A stretch of DNA of 64,000 nucleotides from Moheibacter sp. (lineage in GTDB: Bacteria; Bacteroidota; Bacteroidia; Flavobacteriales; Weeksellaceae), in the NCBI GenBank assembly GCA_047972025.1, contig JBKEAG010000034.1:4626-68625 (forward strand), read 5' to 3'. Positions within the stretch are counted from its first letter, which is position 1, and every line of letters starts with the position of its first letter. Under the pieces are notes generated by a model. It did no database searches, had not been told where the DNA came from, and saw nothing but the letters and a program-made list of their open reading frames with translations. A program made the translations under genes and the position numbers. This document shows, piece by piece, positions 48,445 through 58,112 of the stretch.

Positions 48445-48906
48445 TTATAATTGATTTTGTTTTTCTTTTTTAAATATTTTTTTATCAGAAGCTATGGTAT
48501 TAATTTTTTGTAAAACACTAAAAAACACATTCATTTCTTCTGGGCTAATACGCTCCTGAATTGCTCCGTAAAAACTTAACACCACTTCTTTGGAAACATT
48601 TCGCATTTGTAGTCCGTCTTCAGTCAAAAGAATCAATACACTTCTTCCATCATCCGGATTTGGCTTACGAGTCACAAGTCCTCTTTCTTCCAAGTTTTTT
48701 AACGTTCTCGACAAACTAGTTGGTTCTATTCCCATCTTTGGACCTAGGGAAGTGCTTGGCGTTCCTTGTTTTGGATCGATAGACAATAATGTAAACCCCA
48801 TTACCATAGTAGAATTAAACTTAGAGGCTTGCTCGTTGTACATTTTTTGAATTGTCAACCATGTTGAACGTAAATACTGGTCTATTGTTAAATCACTATG
48901 GCTCAT
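48445..48906 (-). CDS. MarR-family transcriptional regulator
   Basis: SLSRTLKNLEERGLV.R.P.PDDGRS..I.LTEDG winged-helix signature; heads the fad operon; TATATTTG box at 48929-48936. Confidence 0.9.
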   Translation of the reverse strand: MSHSDLTIDQYLRSTWLTIQKMYNEQASKFNSTMVMGFTLLSIDPKQGTPSTSLGPKMGIEPTSLSRTLKNLEERGLVTRKPNPDDGRSVLILLTEDGLQMRNVSKEVVLSFYGAIQERISPEEMNVFFSVLQKINTIASDKKIFKKEKQNQL

Positions 48907-48943
48907 CCTATCTCATTAATGAATCATACAAATATATGGTTTT

Positions 48944-48965
48944 TTTATTATGCGTGCATAATAAA
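48944..48965. promoter_or_regulatory. Palindromic operator (likely MarR site)
   Basis: TTTATTATGC-GT-GCATAATAAA perfect 10-bp inverted repeat just upstream of the marR -7 box. Confidence 0.7.
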
Positions 48966-49072
48966 TTTAAAATTTATTTATTTTCTCGTATTCTCTATTT
49001 ATTCCTTTTAATTATTGATATATTCACAATTTAAAATGAAAATTAATTTAAGATTATAAAAATATAGAGTAT

Positions 49073-51538
49073 ATGGAGCAAAACAAAGTTGACAGTGCTG
49101 AAAATGATACAGTTCTAAATTCACCCACACTAAATGATGAAATACAACATGTAAATAATCCAGCACTTGATTTACCTACCATTGAGAAAAGTTATTTAAA
49201 AGAAATTAAAGAACACAATCAAGATGATAATACCTTTATTTTCTCTGATGAAATATCCAAAGTTGCTGTAAGCGTAATTTCAGATGAGATAATTCGGGTT
49301 CGGATGGCTCCAAAAGGTGTTTTTCTAGAAGACTTTTCCTATGCTATTGTTGACAAAAAACCTTATCCGGCAGTATTTACATTTGAGGAAGAAGAAAATA
49401 GCTTCAGAGTAAAAACGAATACCGTTACCTGTGTCATCAACAAAAAAGATTTTCTGATTTCATTTGAAAATCGCCGTGGAGTTCAAACAGTCTCTGATGA
49501 TGCTCCCATGCACTGGGAAGAGAATGATGAATTTGGTGGATATTATGTTTACTGCTCAAAAAAAGCACAGACTAGCGAAGCCTACTATGGTCTAGGAGAC
49601 AAAGCCATGCACCTAAATTTACGGGGCCAGAGAGTTACCAACTGGAACACAGATGCATATTCCTATGGTATGGGGCAAGACCCACTATACCGTACCATTC
49701 CTTTTTATATTGGACAAAATGATAATGGTGACTGTTACGGAATTTTCTTTGACAATACTTTTAAATCTTATTTTGACTTTGCCGCCGAATTATCCGAAAG
49801 AACAAGTTTTTGGGCAGATGGAGGAGAACTAAACTACTATTATATACACGGTCCAAATATGATAGACATAATCCGTCGCTTTCATCAACTAACCGGAACA
49901 CATTACTTACCACCTATGTGGGCACTAGGTTATCACCAGTGCCGATGGAGTTACTACCCGGAAAGCAAAGTCAAAGATTTAGCATACCAATTTCGATCAA
50001 GAAAAATTCCATGTGATGCTTTGTATTTAGACATTGATTATATGGATGGTTATCGCTGTTTCACTTGGAATCGACTCCGATTTCCCAATCCAAAACGAAT
50101 GATTACCGAATTAGCAGAAGATGGATTTAAAACGGTTGTTATCATTGACCCGGGAATAAAAGTTGACCCAAATTATTGGGTGTATAAAGAAGGAAAAGAT
50201 AATAACTATTTCTGTCGTCGTGGTGATGACTATTTCATGGAAGGCTACGTATGGCCGGGACTTTGTCGTTTCCCCGACTTTACCAATCCCAAAGTACGCA
50301 AATGGTGGGGTGGTCTTTTTCAAGGGTTAGTAGATGATGGTGTTGCAGGAGTTTGGAATGACATGAACGAACCTGCCGTTTTTGGTAAAGGAACATTCCC
50401 AAACGATGTTCGGCATAATTTTGATGGACAACGTGGTTCTCACAGAAAAGCACACAATGTCTATGGAATGCAAATGGTTCGAGCTACTTACGAAGGCTTA
50501 GAGAAACTATACAAAAATAAACGACCTTTCACAATAACACGAGCTGCCTATGCCGGAACACAAAGATACTCAAGCGTTTGGACAGGTGACAATATTGCTA
50601 CCTGGGAACATTTAAAAATTGGAGTCATTCAGCTACAACGATTATCCATGTCCGGAATGCCTTTTTGTGGAACTGACATTGGAGGGTTTAGTGGAGAACC
50701 GGATGGAGAACTATTTACCCGATGGATTCAGTTTGGTGTATTTTCCCCTTTCATGCGAGCACACTCTGCTGGTGATACAGCCGAAAGAGAACCTTGGAGT
50801 TTCGGAAATGAATTTGAGGCCATCAACAAAAAATTTATTGAATTACGGTACAAATTACTCCCGTATATTTATTCTACATTTTGGGAACAAACTCAGTACG
50901 GTTTTCCAATCCTACGTCCACTGAGTATGCTAGAGCAAGAGAATCCTGAGAATGCAAAACGAGATGACACTTTCTGTTTTGGGTCTAAAATTCTTGTAAA
51001 ACCTATAACTGAAGCTGGTACAAAAGAAACAGAAGTTTACCTACCCAACAAAAATATACTTTGGTACAACTATTGGAATCATCAAAAATATGCCGGAGCA
51101 TATTCCTACACCATTCCTACTCCAATGGATCAAATGCCTATTTTTATAAAAGGTGGAAGTGTTTTACCTGAATATCCCGTATTTCAACATACAAATGAAA
51201 TTGTTCTCAAAACACTTAAACTAAATATTTTTTATGCTCCTTATGAAACCAATAGTTACACATTTGAAGACAATAGAGATACTTTTGCTTACAAACAAGA
51301 CATCTATTTAGAAAAGAAATTTACTGTCAAAGGAAATGAAAAATCATTTGTTATCCATCAAAGTTCTGTTGGACTGTACAACGAACGATACAAAACATAT
51401 GAAATAGATTTAATTGGACTTCCTTTCCCTCCCCAATCTGTAAAAATTGATGATGAGTCCATTGAATTTTCACAAAACGAAAATGGTATAGTATCCTGTA
51501 TTATTCCAAAAGATTTCAGTAAATTAGAGGTAGAATAA
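49073..51538 (+). CDS. Glycoside hydrolase family 31 (alpha-glucosidase)
   Basis: LGYHQCRWSY, LDIDYM, catalytic WNDMNEP, WTGDN and DIGGF. Confidence 0.95.
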   Translation: MEQNKVDSAENDTVLNSPTLNDEIQHVNNPALDLPTIEKSYLKEIKEHNQDDNTFIFSDEISKVAVSVISDEIIRVRMAPKGVFLEDFSYAIVDKKPYPAVFTFEEEENSFRVKTNTVTCVINKKDFLISFENRRGVQTVSDDAPMHWEENDEFGGYYVYCSKKAQTSEAYYGLGDKAMHLNLRGQRVTNWNTDAYSYGMGQDPLYRTIPFYIGQNDNGDCYGIFFDNTFKSYFDFAAELSERTSFWADGGELNYYYIHGPNMIDIIRRFHQLTGTHYLPPMWALGYHQCRWSYYPESKVKDLAYQFRSRKIPCDALYLDIDYMDGYRCFTWNRLRFPNPKRMITELAEDGFKTVVIIDPGIKVDPNYWVYKEGKDNNYFCRRGDDYFMEGYVWPGLCRFPDFTNPKVRKWWGGLFQGLVDDGVAGVWNDMNEPAVFGKGTFPNDVRHNFDGQRGSHRKAHNVYGMQMVRATYEGLEKLYKNKRPFTITRAAYAGTQRYSSVWTGDNIATWEHLKIGVIQLQRLSMSGMPFCGTDIGGFSGEPDGELFTRWIQFGVFSPFMRAHSAGDTAEREPWSFGNEFEAINKKFIELRYKLLPYIYSTFWEQTQYGFPILRPLSMLEQENPENAKRDDTFCFGSKILVKPITEAGTKETEVYLPNKNILWYNYWNHQKYAGAYSYTIPTPMDQMPIFIKGGSVLPEYPVFQHTNEIVLKTLKLNIFYAPYETNSYTFEDNRDTFAYKQDIYLEKKFTVKGNEKSFVIHQSSVGLYNERYKTYEIDLIGLPFPPQSVKIDDESIEFSQNENGIVSCIIPKDFSKLEVE

Positions 51539-51551
51539 ACGTTAAAGAATC

Positions 51552-53486
51552 ATGGCTAAATCTTTCTCACTTTTTACAGATTATGACATAGAATTATTCC
51601 GAATCGGAAAACATTTTAAGTTATATGAAAAAATGGGATCTCATAAAGTCAAAAACAAAAATAGAAATGGTGTTTATTTTGCCGTTTGGGCTCCCAATGC
51701 CAAAAATATTTCTGTTGTAGGAGATTTTAACGATTGGAATCGAACAAAAAATAAATTAAAACTTCGAAAAGATGAAAGCGGAATCTGGGAAGGATTTATT
51801 CCAAAACTTGATTTAGGAGTTATTTACAAATACTCTATTCAATCAAAAACAGGTGAAATTTTAGAAAAAATAGACCCTTTTGCATTATCAGCCGAAATTC
51901 CCCCAAAATCAGCATCTGTTGTATCATCTACTTGGTACAAATGGCAAGATGATAATTGGATGAAAAAACGACACAAAAACAACTCACTAGATAGTCCTAT
52001 TTCAATTTATGAAGTACATCTAGGTTCATGGCAACGAGACCCAAGTGAGCCGGAACGATGGCTAACCTACAAAGAAATTGCAGACAAACTCATCAATCAT
52101 GTAAAACTAACCGGATTTACACACGTAGAGTTTATGCCAATTATGGAACACCCCTACCCACCTTCTTGGGGATACCAAATTACCGGCTTCTTCGCACCAA
52201 CATCTCGCTATGGTACACCTCAGGAGTTAATGTACCTTATAGAACAGTTGCATCAAAACGATATTGGTATCATTTTAGATTGGGTTCCCTCTCATTTTCC
52301 TACTGATGAACATGGATTATACAAATTTGATGGAACTTACCTATATGAACACGAAGACCCACGAAAAGGATTTCATCCCGATTGGAAATCATCTATCTTT
52401 AATTATAGCCGAAATGAGGTTCGTTCATTTTTAATCAGTAATGCTCTATTTTGGCTAGATCGCTACCATGCAGATGGTCTTCGGGTAGATGCCGTAACGT
52501 CTATGTTGTATTTGGATTATTCTAGAAAAGAAGATGAGTGGATTCCCAACCAACATGGAGGACGTGAAAACATTGATGCTATTGATTTTTTAAAAGAATT
52601 AAATGAAACACTTTACACTAGTTTCCCTGACGTACAAATCATTGCCGAAGAGTCTTCCTCCTGGCCCGGAGTAAGCCACCCAACAAATCAAAATGGACTC
52701 GGATTTGGTATGAAATGGATGATGGGCTGGATGAATGACACACTTGATTATTTCAAAATGGATCCCATTTATCGTAAATTTCATTATCACAAATTAACCT
52801 TCAGTATTATGTACGGTTTTAGTGAGAACTTCATCCTACCCTTTTCACATGACGAAGTTGTTCATGGAAAAAGTTCTATGCTCTATAAAATGCCGGGAGA
52901 CGAGTGGCAAAAACATGCTAATTTACGTGCGCTTTATCTCTATATGTTTACACACCCGGGAGCAAAACTATTGTTTATGGGAGATGAATTTGGACAAACT
53001 TCTGAATGGAATTTTGACCACTCACTGGACTGGCATTTACTAGAATTTGAACCGCATCAAAAATTAATGCAATTCGTCAGTTCACTCAATCAACTTTACC
53101 GAACAGAGAAAGCATTGTTCAAAAAACAATTTGAACATGATGGATTTGAATGGATGGAAGTAAGTGATGATGAAAACTGTATCTACAGCTATATTCGAAA
53201 ATCGGGAAACAAAAAAGACGATTTGGTAATTATCCTAAACTTAACACCCGTAACCCGAAAAAACTTACGAATCGGCTTTCCTCAACATGCAACTTGGAAG
53301 TGTATTTTAAACTCCGACAGCCAAAAATTTTGGGGAACCGGAATTGAAATTGATTTTGTTAACACACAAAAACAAACCTATAAAGGATATAAATACTCTG
53401 CCAAAGTAACTTTACCTCCACTTTCGGGTATGGTATTTAAAATTGAAAAATTAAAGAAAGAACGTAAAAGAATAACAAAAAAATAA
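51552..53486 (+). CDS. glgB: 1,4-alpha-glucan branching enzyme
   Basis: FAVWAPNA, YEVHLGSW, LDWVP.HF, DGLRVDAV, IAEES and SHDEVVHGK. Confidence 0.97.
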   Translation: MAKSFSLFTDYDIELFRIGKHFKLYEKMGSHKVKNKNRNGVYFAVWAPNAKNISVVGDFNDWNRTKNKLKLRKDESGIWEGFIPKLDLGVIYKYSIQSKTGEILEKIDPFALSAEIPPKSASVVSSTWYKWQDDNWMKKRHKNNSLDSPISIYEVHLGSWQRDPSEPERWLTYKEIADKLINHVKLTGFTHVEFMPIMEHPYPPSWGYQITGFFAPTSRYGTPQELMYLIEQLHQNDIGIILDWVPSHFPTDEHGLYKFDGTYLYEHEDPRKGFHPDWKSSIFNYSRNEVRSFLISNALFWLDRYHADGLRVDAVTSMLYLDYSRKEDEWIPNQHGGRENIDAIDFLKELNETLYTSFPDVQIIAEESSSWPGVSHPTNQNGLGFGMKWMMGWMNDTLDYFKMDPIYRKFHYHKLTFSIMYGFSENFILPFSHDEVVHGKSSMLYKMPGDEWQKHANLRALYLYMFTHPGAKLLFMGDEFGQTSEWNFDHSLDWHLLEFEPHQKLMQFVSSLNQLYRTEKALFKKQFEHDGFEWMEVSDDENCIYSYIRKSGNKKDDLVIILNLTPVTRKNLRIGFPQHATWKCILNSDSQKFWGTGIEIDFVNTQKQTYKGYKYSAKVTLPPLSGMVFKIEKLKKERKRITKK

Positions 53487-53537
53487 CCTATAAATTCCTA
53501 TATTTAGGTCATTACTACAAATTATAGAATGTCAATT

Positions 53538-54956
53538 ATGAAAATATTTCATTTAAGTGCTGAGTGTTATCCGGTTGCAAAAGTAGGTGGTCTTGCTGAT
53601 GTAGTTGGGGCATTACCCAAATACCAGAATAAACTAGAGCTAGACGCTTCCGTTATTATGCCTTGGTACAATCGACCTTTCACACAAGAACACAAATTCA
53701 AAACCGTATTTGAGGGAACAGTAGCACTTAGAGATTTACATTTTCCATTTCAGATTGTAAAAGAAACCAAAAACACATTAGGATTTGATTTATATTTGGT
53801 TCGAATAGAAGGACTCACGGATCGTGAAAACGTATATGGATATGATGATGCCGCATTACAATTCATTGGATTTCAAGTTGTCTGTTTATATTGGATTCGG
53901 GGAATAAAAGAAAAACCGGACATCCTACACTGTCATGACCACCACACAGGACTTGTACCTTTTTTATTAAAAAACGCATACGAATTTGAATCCATCAATC
54001 ATATAAAAACTGTTGGAACAATTCACAACGGACAATACCAAGGCTGGATGGGCTGGGAAATGGTTAACTTCCTACCCAATTTTGACATTGCTAAAGGCGG
54101 ACTTCTCGATTGGGGAAACATCATCAACCCACTAGCCTCTATGGTTAAATGTGCCGATGCTTTTACAACTGTTTCAGTTGGTTATCTTCATGAACTCTTT
54201 TATACAACAGGAGCCGGACTAGAAAATCTATACCAGCAAGAAAACACCAAAGCATACGGAATCGTCAATGGAATTGATACAGAAGTTTGGAACCCAAAGA
54301 CTGATAAAATGTTGGAACATAATTATTCTAGTACAAATTTCATCAGTAAAAAACGTACTAACAAGAAAGTTCTTTGTGAGAATTATCGTTTAAATGACGA
54401 ATATCCTTTGGTTTCATTTATTGGTCGATTTGCCGGAGAAAAAGGAGCCGATTTACTTCCAGGCATTATAGAACGAATGATTACAGAAAAGAACGGTGAT
54501 GTTAACTTTTTTGTACTAGGCTCAGGCGACCCAACGGTAGAAAACAGACTACGAGAATTACAACACCGTTTTTCAGGTAATTTCGCTTTAGATTTGGGTT
54601 ACAACGAACCTTTGTCTCATCTGATTTATGCAGCTTCTGACTACCTTTTGATGCCTTCCCGAGTAGAACCTTGCGGACTCAACCAGATGTATTCCATGAG
54701 CTATGGAACTATACCAATTGTCCGAAAAACAGGTGGACTAAATGATACCGTACCTGATATTTCAGAAGAAAATGGTAGAGGTTTTCAGTTTAATGATATT
54801 GATGTCAATGGGGCTTGTTGGGCAATCCATAGGGCACTTGATTTTGAAACTGATAAAAAGCAATCACAGAAACTCAGAAGAAAAATTATGAAACTTGATT
54901 TTTCTTGGGAAAGTTCTGCTCAGAAATATGTAAATTTATACAAATCCTTAAAATAA
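53538..54956 (+). CDS. glgA: Glycogen synthase (GT5)
   Basis: KVGGLADV, HCHDHH, NGID and MPSRVEPCGLNQ. Confidence 0.95.
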   Translation: MKIFHLSAECYPVAKVGGLADVVGALPKYQNKLELDASVIMPWYNRPFTQEHKFKTVFEGTVALRDLHFPFQIVKETKNTLGFDLYLVRIEGLTDRENVYGYDDAALQFIGFQVVCLYWIRGIKEKPDILHCHDHHTGLVPFLLKNAYEFESINHIKTVGTIHNGQYQGWMGWEMVNFLPNFDIAKGGLLDWGNIINPLASMVKCADAFTTVSVGYLHELFYTTGAGLENLYQQENTKAYGIVNGIDTEVWNPKTDKMLEHNYSSTNFISKKRTNKKVLCENYRLNDEYPLVSFIGRFAGEKGADLLPGIIERMITEKNGDVNFFVLGSGDPTVENRLRELQHRFSGNFALDLGYNEPLSHLIYAASDYLLMPSRVEPCGLNQMYSMSYGTIPIVRKTGGLNDTVPDISEENGRGFQFNDIDVNGACWAIHRALDFETDKKQSQKLRRKIMKLDFSWESSAQKYVNLYKSLK

Positions 54957-54961
54957 AAAAT

Positions 54962-56233
54962 ATGACTCCTAACGTTCTGGCCATCATACTTGGTGGTGGA
55001 CAAGGCTCACGCTTATACCCACTCACACACTCTCGTTCCAAACCAGCTGTTCCGATTGCCGGAAAATACCGTTTGGTGGATATTCCCATTTCAAATTGTT
55101 TGAACTCAGGTTTAAATAAAATTTTAGTTTTAACTCAATTTAATTCTGCCTCACTAAATTCACACATCAAAAATGCTTTTCATTTTGATATTTTCAGTAA
55201 AGGATTTGTAGAAATTTTGGCTGCCGAACAAGATTTTGAAAATACCAATTGGTACCAGGGAACGGCTGATGCTGTACGCCAAAGTCAAAAACATTTGGAT
55301 AAATTTGAATATGATTATCTTCTAATTTTATCAGGTGACCAATTATACCAAATGGATTTTAATGAATTGGTCAATTTTCATATAGAAAGTAAAAGTGAAG
55401 TAACAATTGCTACCATTCCGGTAAATGAGCGAGATGCTACCGGATTTGGAATTTTGAAATCAGATGAAAATCACCAAATCACCTCTTTTGTAGAAAAACC
55501 AAAAAGTGATATTCTCCCTGATTGGAAATCAGAAGTAAGTGAGGAAAACCAAATGAAAGGAAAAAATTATTTGGCTTCCATGGGTATTTACGTGTTTAAT
55601 CGTGAAACGCTAAAAAAGATATTTGAAGAAGATCCAGGAAATGACTTTGGAAAAGAATTAATTCCAAATGCTATTCATAAATACAGAACATCTAGTTACC
55701 AATATGATGGCTACTGGACTGACATTGGGACTATTCATTCCTTTTTTGAAGCCAATATGGATTTGACAATGGATTTACCTCAGTTCAATATGTACGGAAC
55801 ACACCCTATTTATACAAATTCTAGAATGTTGCCTCCTAATAAAATTTCGGGAAAATCAATTAATCGGGTAATTTTTGGCGGTGGGGTTATCGTTTCAGCC
55901 GAATGTATAGAGTCATCTATCATTGGAGTTCGGTCACGAATTGGTGACGGAACTACTCTAAAAAATACCTATATGATGGGAGCTGACTATTTTTCAAAAC
56001 CGGAAGACATTATAGAATATTTCAAAACCGGAAAATCACTTTTGGGAGTGGGTGAAAATTGCCATATAGAAAATGCGATTCTTGATAAAAACTGTATCAT
56101 TGGAAACGATGTTACTATAAAAGGAAGCGAATCACTCGAATATGCAGACCACCCTAGTTATACTATTTCTGATGGAATTGTGATTGTAAAAAAAGGAGCA
56201 TACATCCCACCGGGGAGTAAAATTGGAGTTTAG
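54962..56233 (+). CDS. glgC: Glucose-1-phosphate adenylyltransferase
   Basis: ILGGGQGSRLYPLT..RSKPAVP, WYQGTADAV, SMGIY and YWTDIGT. Confidence 0.97.
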   Translation: MTPNVLAIILGGGQGSRLYPLTHSRSKPAVPIAGKYRLVDIPISNCLNSGLNKILVLTQFNSASLNSHIKNAFHFDIFSKGFVEILAAEQDFENTNWYQGTADAVRQSQKHLDKFEYDYLLILSGDQLYQMDFNELVNFHIESKSEVTIATIPVNERDATGFGILKSDENHQITSFVEKPKSDILPDWKSEVSEENQMKGKNYLASMGIYVFNRETLKKIFEEDPGNDFGKELIPNAIHKYRTSSYQYDGYWTDIGTIHSFFEANMDLTMDLPQFNMYGTHPIYTNSRMLPPNKISGKSINRVIFGGGVIVSAECIESSIIGVRSRIGDGTTLKNTYMMGADYFSKPEDIIEYFKTGKSLLGVGENCHIENAILDKNCIIGNDVTIKGSESLEYADHPSYTISDGIVIVKKGAYIPPGSKIGV

Positions 56234-56234
56234 A

Positions 56235-56690
56235 CTAATGTGACGGAAGAAATGGTAAGAAAACATACTCTTGTTTTTCAAAATTCATTTGACAATAATA
56301 ATGGTTTAGTCCGTTTGTAACCATTAAATAATCAGCATTTAATTGTAGATTATAACGTGCTATCTGGTCAAAAGTGTCTTGATTAATCTCAACCGTTGGT
56401 GCTTTGCATTCTACTATGATAAACGGTTTCTCTTTTTGAAACACAATGATGTCAGCTCGTTTCCGCATACCGTTTATTTGCACTACAACTTCTGTGTTAA
56501 TCGCTGATTTAGAATATTTTTTTTCTTGAATTAAAAATTGGATAGTATGTTGTCTCACCCACTCCTCCGATGTTAAAATCAACCATTTTTTTCGGATTGA
56601 ACAAAATATATACGGATTATCATCCTTTTGTTTCAATCGAAATTGGTATTTTTCGGAAAAATTTAAAATCGGTAATTTGGATAGTTTCAT
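56235..56690 (-). CDS. Stand-alone type I restriction enzyme HsdR N-terminal-like domain protein
   Basis: RKKWLILTSEEWVRQ, RADI..., IVECKAP, QIARYN and MVTNGL (PD-(D/E)xK-like); TATCTTTG box at 56712-56719. Confidence 0.85.
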   Translation of the reverse strand: MKLSKLPILNFSEKYQFRLKQKDDNPYIFCSIRKKWLILTSEEWVRQHTIQFLIQEKKYSKSAINTEVVVQINGMRKRADIIVFQKEKPFIIVECKAPTVEINQDTFDQIARYNLQLNADYLMVTNGLNHYYCQMNFEKQEYVFLPFLPSH

Positions 56691-57696
56691 GAATGAAGCA
56701 GATAACATTGTCAAAGATATTAAAAACAAAAAAGTAGCACCTATTTATTTCCTTTCGGGAGAGGAATCTTTTTACATTGACCAAATTTCAAAAACCATTG
56801 AAGACAATGTACTGACCGAAGATGAGAAGGGGTTTAACCAAACCATTCTTTATGGAAATGAAATTGATATTTCTGAAATAATAGGTCTTGCAAAACAGTT
56901 TCCAATGGGTGCTGAACGTTCGGTAGTCATTGTAAAAGAAGCTCAGCATTTGTCTAGAACCATCAACCAATTAGAGGCTTACGCCACACAACCTCAACCT
57001 ACAACTATACTTGTTTTTAATTACAAAGGGAAAACCCTTGATAAACGAAAGAAACTTTACAAGGAAATTAAAAAAAACGGAATCATATTTGAATCCAAAA
57101 AGTTGTATGAAAATCAAGTTCCGGACTGGATTGAAAATAAAGTGAAGTCTATACAGTTCAGTATCGATCAAAAAGCAAAATTTCTACTGGCTGAATTTAT
57201 AGGAAATGATTTATCCCGACTTAATAATGAAATTGATAAATTAAAAATTGTAGTTGAGGATAAAAAAATCACTCCAGAAGTCATTGAAAAAAATATAGGA
57301 ATCAGTAAGGACTACAATAACTTTGAACTTCGCAAAGCCATAGAAACAAAAAATGCAGTAAAGGCTTTTCAGATTGCTAAATATTTCAGTCAAAATCCTA
57401 AAGATAACCCTCTTGTAGTGACACTTTCTATACTTTATCAGTGTTTTTCCAACATCATCATTTACCATACACTTACCGATAAATCTCAACAAAGCGTAGC
57501 AAAAGAATTAGGAATCCATCCGTTTTTCACAAAAGATGCAGCTATGGCTGCTCAAAATTATCCATTGAAAAAAGCGACACGAATCATTTCTCTATTACGT
57601 GAAACGGATGTGAAAAGTAAAGGTGTAGGTTCTACCGGAAATATTTCAGACGGTGAACTTTTAAATGAACTGATTTTTAAGATTATTAGCTTTTAA
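56689..57696 (+). CDS. holA: DNA polymerase III delta subunit
   Basis: PIYFLSGEE.FYID, FNQTILYG, AKQFPM, LDKRK, IGISKDYNNFEL and D.KSKG. Confidence 0.92.
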   Translation: MNEADNIVKDIKNKKVAPIYFLSGEESFYIDQISKTIEDNVLTEDEKGFNQTILYGNEIDISEIIGLAKQFPMGAERSVVIVKEAQHLSRTINQLEAYATQPQPTTILVFNYKGKTLDKRKKLYKEIKKNGIIFESKKLYENQVPDWIENKVKSIQFSIDQKAKFLLAEFIGNDLSRLNNEIDKLKIVVEDKKITPEVIEKNIGISKDYNNFELRKAIETKNAVKAFQIAKYFSQNPKDNPLVVTLSILYQCFSNIIIYHTLTDKSQQSVAKELGIHPFFTKDAAMAAQNYPLKKATRIISLLRETDVKSKGVGSTGNISDGELLNELIFKIISF

Positions 57697-57716
57697 CAAT
57701 CTTTTTTCTACGAAAG

Positions 57717-57974
57717 CTATTGATTAAATTTTCTCAAACTTTTCATCTTTATTTTCTCACCTGTTTTTATAACCGATATGTCAATATAGCGAACCTGTTG
57801 CTCACTCTTCTCTTCAAACTGTTTGGCTTTTTTGTCAGCATATTCAGGTGTATAGCCAACAGACATCACGACTTTGTGTCCGTTACACTCACCCATTCCT
57901 AAATATAAGTATTCACCCAAAACCGGTTCTTGGGTAATTTCGTCATTCAAATTTCTAACTGTAGTGAGATTCAT
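57717..57974 (-). CDS. Hypothetical 85-aa protein
   Basis: ATG-started ORF filling the intergenic space, with a TAGGTTTG -7 box at 58006-58013. Confidence 0.6.
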   Translation of the reverse strand: MNLTTVRNLNDEITQEPVLGEYLYLGMGECNGHKVVMSVGYTPEYADKKAKQFEEKSEQQVRYIDISVIKTGEKIKMKSLRKFNQ

Positions 57975-58037
57975 ATAAAATATAGTTTTCGTATTTTTCT
58001 TACCACAAACCTATCTATAAAACAAACTATATTTTAT
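57975..58037. repeat. 14-bp perfect inverted repeat enclosing a -7 promoter box
   Basis: ATAAAATATAGTTT (57975-57988) / AAACTATATTTTAT (58024-58037) with a 35-bp spacer. Confidence 0.7.
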
Positions 58038-58112
58038 GCTCCTAAGCATCTTACTCCGGTAACTTATTCACAAATAATGAAGAATAAAAACTAGAGGAAT
58101 TTAGAACTTGAA

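Noticed and set aside
56235..56690. Type I restriction-modification system
   Set aside because: Only a stand-alone N-terminal domain; no helicase domain, hsdM or hsdS in the window.
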